Source of the DNA: a virus
Taxonomy: Duplodnaviria; Caudoviricetes
Length of the DNA: 56,466 nucleotides
Virus record (IMG/VR): IMGVR_UViG_3300020403_000012
Span: 1 to 56,466 of that record
Strand: one strand, 5' to 3'
In this document: in pieces, positions 40,613 to 48,135 of the stretch
How positions within the stretch are numbered: position 1 is the stretch's first letter
Layout: each line of letters begins with the position of its first letter
Notes under the pieces: model-generated
What the model was told of the DNA's origin: nothing
Database searches by the model: none
The model's input: only the letters and a program-made list of their open reading frames with translations
Made by a program: the position numbers and the translations under genes

Positions 40613-41437
40613 ATGGCCAAAAGAATAAATTATCTTAACAATAAAGATATGTTAAAAGAAATACACAAAAGTAAAAGTACATTTAATAGTTATGTTGATC
40701 CTGTTTATGCAAATTACGATATCATTTTACCAAGTATAGAAAAAGTAAATGTTAGAACAATTGCTGAAGCAAAACGCAACAGAGCAAAAAAAATGTCAAC
40801 TGAAGCATATGAAATTGCTAAAGCAGAAAACAAGAAAGTTAAAATGTCAGAATTTACTGTAGATTATAGATCTATAGAAAAAACTGACTTAATTTTTAGA
40901 ATTATGATGTTTGATCATATTCCAGACGAACCTGGTAGAAAGAAAACACCAAAAACAATTGCTGATACTAAAACAAAACTTAATTTTCCTCCTTTTCAAC
41001 ATTACAAATTTGACGAAAATGACGTATTAGTATGTGTAGGTAAGTCTCATTGGACAGGTGGTATGGAAAATGGTTATTTTAGTAAAGATCACGGAAAAGC
41101 AACTAACGAACTTGCTCGTATGTGGATGAAACTTGTTGATCGTTATGCAACAAGAGGTAATGTACGTGGATACACATACAATGACGAAATGAAAGGGCAA
41201 GCAATATTACAACTTTCACAGATAGGACTACAATTTGATGAATCCAAATCCAATAATCCTTTTGCATATTATACCGCTGCTGTTACTAATAGTTTTGTAC
41301 GTGTCATTAATTTAGAAAAACGCAATCAAAACATTAGAGATGATATTCTTGAAATGAATAATCTCAACCCATCGCACACTAGACAACACGCAGGTGAATG
41401 GGAAGCCGCACTAAAACGTGAAAGAGAAATGAAATAG
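40613..41437 (+). CDS. gp55: Late-transcription sigma factor gp55
   Basis: NYLNNKDML, NVRGYTYNDEM...FDESKSNNPFAYYT...RVINLEKR. Immediately upstream of gp47/gp46. Confidence 0.88.
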   Translation: MAKRINYLNNKDMLKEIHKSKSTFNSYVDPVYANYDIILPSIEKVNVRTIAEAKRNRAKKMSTEAYEIAKAENKKVKMSEFTVDYRSIEKTDLIFRIMMFDHIPDEPGRKKTPKTIADTKTKLNFPPFQHYKFDENDVLVCVGKSHWTGGMENGYFSKDHGKATNELARMWMKLVDRYATRGNVRGYTYNDEMKGQAILQLSQIGLQFDESKSNNPFAYYTAAVTNSFVRVINLEKRNQNIRDDILEMNNLNPSHTRQHAGEWEAALKREREMK

Positions 41438-41440
41438 AGG

Positions 41441-41469
41441 TTGATTTTAAGATTAACCTAGTTTATACT
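41441..41469 (+). promoter_or_regulatory. Sigma70-like promoter TTGATT-17-TATACT for gp47
   Basis: TTGATT at 41441-41446, TATACT at 41464-41469, then GGAG and GTG 41492. Confidence 0.6.
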
Positions 41470-41491
41470 ACTAGCGAAGTGGAGATTTCTA

Positions 41492-42505
41492 GTGTTTAAC
41501 AAAGCAGCTGTGTTTACAGACATTCATTTAGGTATGAAGGGTAACTCACGAGTACATAATCAAGACTGTGAGGATTATATTGATTGGTATATCGAAACAG
41601 CAAAGGCAAATAACTGTGAAACAGGTATTTTTTGCGGAGATTGGCATCACAATAGAAATAGTTTGAATCTAACAACTATGGATACAACTATTAAGTTATT
41701 AGAAAAGTTAGGTAATGCATTTGATAAGTTTTTTATGTTTGCTGGTAATCACGATTTGTATTACAAAGATAAGCGTGATGTAAAATCAACTGAATTTGCA
41801 AAACATATACCAGGTATTACTGTTGTAGATGAAATACAAGTTATCGAAGATGTAGCATTAGTGCCTTGGCTAGTAGGAGATGAATGGAAACGCATTGAAA
41901 AATTGCAGGCAAAGTACCTTTTTGGGCACTTTGAATTACCTAGCTTCTATATGAACGCAATGGTCCAGATGCCAGATCACGGAGATTTGAAAGCACAACA
42001 TTTTAAAAATCAAGAATATGTGTTCAGTGGACATTTCCATAAAAGACAAAAGCAAGGTAAGATACATTATATTGGTAATGCTTTTCCGCACAACTATGCA
42101 GATGCTTGGGATGACGACCGAGGTATGATGATACTGGATCGCGAAAACAATGCAGAACCAGAGTATATTAATTGGTTAGACTGTCCTAAATATAGAACAG
42201 TAAAGTTATCAAAGTTGATTGATGAGAAAGATACACTTATCAAGCCAAGTATGTATCTAAGAGTTACACTTGATATTGATATAAGTTATGAAGAAGCAAG
42301 TTATATAAAAGAAACATTTATTGATCAGTACAACTGTAGAGAAATAACACTAATACCACAAAAACAACTTGAAGAAATAAACACAGACTTGGATATAGAA
42401 CAATTTGAAAGTGTAGATCAAATTGTAAGTAATGAAATCCAATCAATTGACACAGATAGTTTTGATAAAAAACTACTTTTAGACATATACAATGAGCTAG
42501 TATGA
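41492..42505 (+). CDS. gp47: Recombination endonuclease subunit gp47 (Mre11/SbcD-like)
   Basis: Metallophosphoesterase motifs DIHLG, GDWHH, GNHD, GHFE, SGHFH. Confidence 0.95.
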   Translation: MFNKAAVFTDIHLGMKGNSRVHNQDCEDYIDWYIETAKANNCETGIFCGDWHHNRNSLNLTTMDTTIKLLEKLGNAFDKFFMFAGNHDLYYKDKRDVKSTEFAKHIPGITVVDEIQVIEDVALVPWLVGDEWKRIEKLQAKYLFGHFELPSFYMNAMVQMPDHGDLKAQHFKNQEYVFSGHFHKRQKQGKIHYIGNAFPHNYADAWDDDRGMMILDRENNAEPEYINWLDCPKYRTVKLSKLIDEKDTLIKPSMYLRVTLDIDISYEEASYIKETFIDQYNCREITLIPQKQLEEINTDLDIEQFESVDQIVSNEIQSIDTDSFDKKLLLDIYNELV

Positions 42506-44277
42506 TAAAAATTAAAGATTTAACAGTTAAAAACTTTATGAGTGTGGGTAATGTTACCCAAGCAGTTGACTTCAACAAGGAGCAACTTACTCTAGTGCTT
42601 GGTGAAAACTTAGATCAAGGAGGTGATGATACTGGATCACGTAACGGTACAGGTAAAACAACCATTATTAATGCATTGTCTTACGCATTGTACGGTCAAG
42701 CACTAACAAATATCAAGCGTAACAACTTGATTAACAAAACCAATAGCAAAGGTATGTTAGTTACGCTAAATTTTGAAAAAGGTGGGAACAAATATAGGAT
42801 TGAACGTGGTAGATCTCCTAATGTACTAAAATTCTACATAAACGATCACGAACAAGAAGAAGATGTTAACGAATCACAAGGCGATAGTAGAAAAACACAA
42901 GAAGATATTAGCAATTTACTTGATATGAGTCACGATATGTTCAAACACGTTGTTGCTTTGAACACTTACACTGAACCTTTCTTGAGTATGCGAGCAAATG
43001 ACCAACGTGCTATTATCGAACAACTACTTGGTATAACAATTCTTACAGAAAAAGCAGAATTGTTGAAGGAAAAAACAAAACAAACAAAAGATTTTATTAC
43101 AGAAGAAACATTAAAGATCAATGCAATAGAATCTAGTAATAAAAAAATACAATCTAGTATAGAAACACTTGCTGGTAGGCAACGTGCTTGGTTTTCAAAG
43201 CAAAAACAAGACATTGAAAAACTTGATGAAGCAATTGAGGAACTTGAAAAGCTAGATATTGATACAGAACTCGATAATCACGATAAATTAACTAACTGGA
43301 ACGAGTTAAACAACAAATTAACAAGTTTAAACAAAGAAAAAGCTACATTAGAGTCTGCATTAATGAGAGCAACCAAAAGTGTTGAAAAAGCAGAAAAAGA
43401 TGTAAAAGATCTTGATTCAGCAATATGTTATACGTGTGGACAAGAGCTTCACGCAGACAAAAAAGAAGAAATTGAAACAAGAAAAACAAAAGAATTAGCC
43501 GATGCAATTGCATATCAAACAGAAGTTGCTGGAAAATTAGAAAAAACAATGAATTTTTTAAATGAAATCGGCGATATTAACGGACGTCCTACAACATTTT
43601 ACGAAACAGCTAAAGAAGCATACGAACATAGAAACAACGTAGATAATCTTCGTCAAAGTTTGGTAAGTAAACAGCAAGAGGACGATCCGTATCAGGCACA
43701 AATAGACGACTTAACTAATACTGCACTACAAAAAATTGATTGGACAAACGTAAATGACTTGACAAGTTTACGTGATCATCAAGAGTTTCTCCTTAAACTC
43801 TTAACAAACAAAGATTCGTTTATACGCAAAAAGATTATAGATCAAAACTTAGCGTATCTAAACAACAGGCTAACAAATTATTTAGACAAATTAGGCTTAC
43901 CACATCAAGTTGTGTTCCAAAACGATTTATCAGTAGAAATTACACAACTAGGACAGGATTTAGACTTTGATAACTTGTCAAGAGGCGAACGAAATAGGCT
44001 AATATTAGGAATGAGCTGGGCATTTAGAGATGTTTGGGAGTCTTTGTATCAAGGAATAAACTTATTGTTTATTGATGAACTTATAGACTCTGGTATGGAC
44101 ACCGCTGGCGTTGAAAACTCGCTTGCTGTACTGAAAAAAATGGGCAGAGAGCGTGACAAAAACATATTCTTAATATCACATAAGGATGAATTAGTAGGTA
44201 GAGTCAATCACGTAATGAAAGTTGTAAAAGAAAACGGCTTTACCAATTACGAAAACGATGTTGAAATTGTAGAATGA
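42502..44277 (+). CDS. gp46: Recombination endonuclease subunit gp46 (Rad50/SbcC-like ATPase)
   Basis: KNFMSVGN, Walker A NGTGKTT, zinc hook CYTCGQ, LSRGE signature, Walker B LFIDE, LISH. Confidence 0.95.
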   Translation: MIKIKDLTVKNFMSVGNVTQAVDFNKEQLTLVLGENLDQGGDDTGSRNGTGKTTIINALSYALYGQALTNIKRNNLINKTNSKGMLVTLNFEKGGNKYRIERGRSPNVLKFYINDHEQEEDVNESQGDSRKTQEDISNLLDMSHDMFKHVVALNTYTEPFLSMRANDQRAIIEQLLGITILTEKAELLKEKTKQTKDFITEETLKINAIESSNKKIQSSIETLAGRQRAWFSKQKQDIEKLDEAIEELEKLDIDTELDNHDKLTNWNELNNKLTSLNKEKATLESALMRATKSVEKAEKDVKDLDSAICYTCGQELHADKKEEIETRKTKELADAIAYQTEVAGKLEKTMNFLNEIGDINGRPTTFYETAKEAYEHRNNVDNLRQSLVSKQQEDDPYQAQIDDLTNTALQKIDWTNVNDLTSLRDHQEFLLKLLTNKDSFIRKKIIDQNLAYLNNRLTNYLDKLGLPHQVVFQNDLSVEITQLGQDLDFDNLSRGERNRLILGMSWAFRDVWESLYQGINLLFIDELIDSGMDTAGVENSLAVLKKMGRERDKNIFLISHKDELVGRVNHVMKVVKENGFTNYENDVEIVE

Positions 44278-44540
44278 ATGACGATACACACGACAAACTT
44301 GTAAAAACATATTTGAACTACTTTGAAGCAAATGAAAAGTTTGAACAAGGTCCAAGCGAAAGAACAAAAAGATCTGCAAGGCGTGAGTTGCGTGAACTTA
44401 TGCGTCTTGCAAAAACTAGGCAACAAGAAATTAAAGACACCTATAATGACGTGCTTGCAGACATTAGAGCAAGCGGAAAATGGGCAATGAACAAAGGCAA
44501 ATCAAAAAAGACAAAGATGAATAAACAAGAAAATACATAG
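44274..44540 (+). CDS. Small basic hypothetical protein
   Basis: 88 aa, ATGA overlap with gp46, helical and basic. Confidence 0.7.
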   Translation: MNDDTHDKLVKTYLNYFEANEKFEQGPSERTKRSARRELRELMRLAKTRQQEIKDTYNDVLADIRASGKWAMNKGKSKKTKMNKQENT

Positions 44541-44543
44541 TAT

Positions 44544-44969
44544 ATGAGTTGGACATACAAAGGTAAAAAAGTAAACACTATACCAGATGAATACGAAGGC
44601 TTTGTATATCTAATTACAAACAAAAAGACAAAACAAAAATACGTAGGCAAGAAACTAGCAAAATTTAAAACAACCAAGCCACCATTAAAAGGCAAAAAGA
44701 ACAAACGTCGAGGCTACAAAGAAAGCGATTGGCGTGAATACTGGGGAAGTTCAGATAGACTGAACGAAGATGTACAAAAGCTAGGCGAAAAAAACTTTAC
44801 TCGTGAAATACTTTATTACTGCAAAAGCAGAGCAGAGATGAGTTACATTGAAGCACGAGAACAGTTTGACAGGCGTGTATTAGAAACAGACGAATATTAT
44901 AACGGTATCATCAATGTAAGAGTTGGTGGTTCGCAAAAACTACGCCAGGCACTACTAGAACACAAATAG
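44544..44969 (+). CDS. Small GIY-YIG family endonuclease (catalytic domain only)
   Basis: GFVYLITN...KYVGKK, YWGSS, FTREIL, the conserved E in YIEARE, and YYN. Confidence 0.85.
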   Translation: MSWTYKGKKVNTIPDEYEGFVYLITNKKTKQKYVGKKLAKFKTTKPPLKGKKNKRRGYKESDWREYWGSSDRLNEDVQKLGEKNFTREILYYCKSRAEMSYIEAREQFDRRVLETDEYYNGIINVRVGGSQKLRQALLEHK

Positions 44970-44974
44970 GCTAT

Positions 44975-45405
44975 ATAACGAGCTCTGAAAAAAATCCAAG
45001 ATCCAGCCGAGGTAATGCTCGTCGCCGGTGGTGTGGTATGCTCGCGTGAAGAAACATACGATAGGTTTTAAAGGATTGTGGCTCTGAGAAAAAGCAACCA
45101 CAGGGTAAGTGTTTTCGCTTGTTAGGGAATTACTGCCTTCCGTTGATATGACGAAGCTAGAGTAGGAGGATACAGGTCAACCGCCTCCGACAATGCAAAT
45201 TGAATCTCTTTTGACAAGATGGCTGAAGCGACTCGAATAATGCTCAAAAGCTACCTTCGCCCGGCAACGGGCGAATTATGACTTCACAATCTGAATAATA
45301 CTAAAAGCATATGCAAAGCATATGCCTTATTAATATTGTTATCAAGAACTAATGATTCGTGTTGAGTGATAACGAAAACACAGATGAACGTAGTTCATCT
45401 TGAAT
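44975..45405 (+). ncRNA. Putative large structured RNA (or structured DNA element); family not recognised
   Basis: No ORF and richer in G+C than its flanks. Contains many complementary segments, including TTCGCCCG-GCAA-CGGGCGAA (GNRA loop), GGAGG/CCTCC, TGTGG/CCACA, ACGAGC/GCTCGT and CTTGTTAG/TTGACAAG (G-U pairs). Confidence 0.55.
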
Positions 45406-45408
45406 AAA

Positions 45409-45415
45409 CTAAATA
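45409..45415 (+). promoter_or_regulatory. Late promoter CTAAATA
   Basis: CTAAATACATT upstream of ATG 45441. Confidence 0.55.
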
Positions 45416-45440
45416 CATTATACAGTTGGAATACGTGTGA

Positions 45441-47012
45441 ATGAAGTTAGCTGAACTAATATCAGAAGAAAAAATTATCATAAGAGAAGAAGCACCTGTG
45501 CAAGCATTGAATTCACAGAGCCTTAATGGTATTGATTACATATGGAAAAATGGAAAATATGTTAATGCAAAAGATAATTCACCTGCTCCAAAAAATATCA
45601 ATAAGAAATTAATTGCAAGTAGTAATAAAATTAACCAAATGCACTTTTCTAAAAAAGGAAGTGTGGTTTACAAGCCTGTACAAGTTGGAAACAGGCATAT
45701 TGTAAATCTTGCAGGTGAATCATATAGTTTTACCAAAAGTGCAGATGCTAAAAAATTTATGGATAACTTAGCCAGCGGCAAAAGCACACAAGCATCATTA
45801 AGCAAAATTGATCCTAAAAACGTTAAAAAGATTGGTACAAATGTACTAAGTAAAATCAATCTTGGTAGAGTTATGTCTGATGCTGAAATAAAAGTTGCTA
45901 AAGCTAGAAGTCAGTCAGCAACAAGATTACTTCAAAATACAAAATTACTTGCATTTTTTAAATTTTTAGGAGTTCTTGGTATTTCAGCACAGCTATTTCA
46001 ATCAATGATTATTAATTACGATACTGTGCGTAATGAACCAATAACTGACGACTTTACACAAGATGACAAAGAAGAATTACTTGCTGTTATTGAAGGATTG
46101 TGGGTAACACAAACTGTGGTAATATTACTGGCTGTGTTTAGGATAGTTAAAGTAGGAAGACTTATTACACTGTTGAGAGCACCAATACGTGCATTTCAAG
46201 CAGGTGCTGCCGCAACTGGTGTTGGGTTTGTTCCTTCGCTTATCAGTATGATAGTTACTGAAGCTGCATTTTGGGGAGCAACATATTTGTTAACCAGGCC
46301 GGCTGTTCAAATGAAGTTAGCAGAATGGTTAGCAGGAAGTTCAGTTGATTGGTTGTTCGAAGGCATTGGAAACACTGTTGATCTTGCATCACAGGCATTG
46401 GAAAAAATTACCAATGGTGCTTTTGGAGGTCCAACTTTAAGAGATGCATTATCATTTGAAAAAGGTGTTAAGAAAATGCCAACAGGTACTGCATATGCAT
46501 CAAGCGAATGGGCAAAACTTGCATTTCAGGATATGATATTTCCTCCTGATATGGAAAAAATTAAAGTTCCGTACTATGTTATGAGTGACAGAAGCAAAGG
46601 CATTTACGATGCATTAGACATTGATCCTACACAGCGTCCATCAAATACAATTCAAGCAAGGGAAGTATCTCGTAATGAACTTGGAGGCTTGTCAGATTAT
46701 GTTTTCAATTATACACCAGAGCTGGCAGATGAACTAAAAGACACACACGAAATTGTGGTTGTAAATGATCAAATGGGAGCTAGACCAGGAGGTTCTAATT
46801 CAATTTACTACCTAATGCCATCGGCAAAAGCATTAAAAGATTTCCAAGAAGGTACAATAACTACACTGCCACAGCCTGACAATAGAACTGTGACTAGACA
46901 AGGTCAACCAATTGAAAGAGAGCCTCAGCAAGATCCAACACAAGATCCTATAGTAAATATCGCTAATGATGCAATCAATAGTGTACCTGATAATAGACCA
47001 GGTCCTCAATAA
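45441..47012 (+). CDS. Hypothetical late protein with hydrophobic/TM segments
   Basis: 523 aa. Hydrophobic stretches LLAFFKFLGVLGISA, LWVTQTVVILLAVFRIV and GVGFVPSLISMIVTEAAFWGATYLL. Confidence 0.7.
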   Translation: MKLAELISEEKIIIREEAPVQALNSQSLNGIDYIWKNGKYVNAKDNSPAPKNINKKLIASSNKINQMHFSKKGSVVYKPVQVGNRHIVNLAGESYSFTKSADAKKFMDNLASGKSTQASLSKIDPKNVKKIGTNVLSKINLGRVMSDAEIKVAKARSQSATRLLQNTKLLAFFKFLGVLGISAQLFQSMIINYDTVRNEPITDDFTQDDKEELLAVIEGLWVTQTVVILLAVFRIVKVGRLITLLRAPIRAFQAGAAATGVGFVPSLISMIVTEAAFWGATYLLTRPAVQMKLAEWLAGSSVDWLFEGIGNTVDLASQALEKITNGAFGGPTLRDALSFEKGVKKMPTGTAYASSEWAKLAFQDMIFPPDMEKIKVPYYVMSDRSKGIYDALDIDPTQRPSNTIQAREVSRNELGGLSDYVFNYTPELADELKDTHEIVVVNDQMGARPGGSNSIYYLMPSAKALKDFQEGTITTLPQPDNRTVTRQGQPIEREPQQDPTQDPIVNIANDAINSVPDNRPGPQ

Positions 47013-47246
47013 TTACAACAGAGGCATCCTAGCGTTTTTTGTATTTTCAATATTGTCTTTGATAATTTTGCTAATGATTTCTTGATCTTCGATATCAGTG
47101 TCGTAGAGGAGTTTATCAACTGTTATACCTCCTCGCATATACCAGCTTAATCTGTAGATAGTGTCTTTTAGTCTTTTGATATCGTTTTCGTATTCATCGG
47201 CTAAATCCTGAACTTCACTATCATCTAGCAGGATTAGCCTCTGACG
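47013..47246 (-). CDS. Unannotated 77-codon frame (gp51-like chaperone extension), probably reached by a -1 frameshift
   Basis: RQRLILLDDSEVQDLADEYENDIKRLKDTIYRLSWYMRGG...NARMPLL-stop. It has no suitable start codon and opens at the slippery run. Confidence 0.7.
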   Translation of the reverse strand, partial: RQRLILLDDSEVQDLADEYENDIKRLKDTIYRLSWYMRGGITVDKLLYDTDIEDQEIISKIIKDNIENTKNARMPLL

Positions 47247-48070
47247 AAAAAATCCGTTTGGTCCACTGTAATACGTAATTTATTTTCTGCACCACAAGAT
47301 TCACATTTTACTGTTTCTTCAGGCAGTAACCAATTGTTGTATTGTTTGTCAATGTGTGCTTTTACAGCTCTGAACATTTCAACATCATACCCTTCAACAA
47401 ATTCGTAAATTGCTTTGGTATCTGTTTCAATAGTACCATCAACTTCTATACTTTGGATAGAATAGAAAATAGATTTAATATTCATTTTAGCCATTGAATT
47501 TAAAATGCTATCTTGAAATTTTTCTTTTTCTTTTTCATCTGTTATCTTTGGCGCTTGGATTGCAAGAGCTCTTTGATACCCAACTGATTCTTTTTGAAGA
47601 TCAGTCCATTCTTGATATGTGAGTGGTCTGATATTAAATTTGAAATTCTCGTAAATCAAAGTATCTTCAAACTCAAGTGTATTCAAATAATCTATGTATC
47701 TAGTAATGTCAATGTCGTATTGATTGTCCTCACTGCATTTTGAACACTTTTTTCCTATTGTCATAGTTTTACCATATGATGATAACCTAATTGACAATAA
47801 CAAAGCATCGATATCTAAAGTTACCAGCTCAAACGGCTTTTGTATTGATGGAACACAACTTTGGATATTTTTAGCAGTTGCCTGTCCGTTTATCAATGCA
47901 TCTGGTGTTTTGTACAATATTTCATCGTTTGCAGTCATACTAAAAACTGCTAAGTTTGAATAAGTATCTTCGTACAACACACCATTTTTGTAAAATTTGC
48001 CTTTGCTGGGCAAGTCAACGTAGATTTTTGGCTGTCTTGCGTACTTTTTTAGAGGGCTTTCATTTTCCAT
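47234..48070 (-). CDS. gp26: Baseplate hub assembly / tail chaperone gp26-like
   Basis: LPSKG.FY, MTANDEI, DIDALLLSIRLSSYG, two CxxC motifs and a C-terminal DFF. Confidence 0.75.
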   Translation of the reverse strand: MENESPLKKYARQPKIYVDLPSKGKFYKNGVLYEDTYSNLAVFSMTANDEILYKTPDALINGQATAKNIQSCVPSIQKPFELVTLDIDALLLSIRLSSYGKTMTIGKKCSKCSEDNQYDIDITRYIDYLNTLEFEDTLIYENFKFNIRPLTYQEWTDLQKESVGYQRALAIQAPKITDEKEKEKFQDSILNSMAKMNIKSIFYSIQSIEVDGTIETDTKAIYEFVEGYDVEMFRAVKAHIDKQYNNWLLPEETVKCESCGAENKLRITVDQTDFFVRG

Positions 48071-48083
48071 AATTTTTCCATAG

Positions 48084-48109
48084 GTAAATAGTAGTATAGA
48101 ATATTTATA
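48084..48109. promoter_or_regulatory. Closely spaced late promoters on opposite strands, for gp26 (-) and tape measure (+)
   Basis: GTAAATA at 48084-48090 (+) and a perfect TATAAATA at 48109-48102 (-). Confidence 0.7.
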
Positions 48110-48135
48110 AACCGTAAACCTTAGGAGCGTGGGAT

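Noticed and set aside
44544-44969. Ordinary mobile Seg homing endonuclease
   Set aside because: It has no C-terminal DNA-binding extension and is not inserted in a gene. I kept it only as a GIY-YIG nuclease of unknown role; a DenA-like host-DNA nuclease is not excluded.
45256-45275. Intrinsic terminator
   Set aside because: It is a strong hairpin but has no U-tract on either strand and is nested within a larger potential helix.
44970-45440. Group I/II intron, tRNA, tmRNA or RNase P identity for the non-coding element
   Set aside because: I could not recognise P7/J8-7 or domain V consensus, a cloverleaf with a TTC loop, tmRNA ends or RNase P P4 motifs. The flanking genes look intact rather than interrupted.
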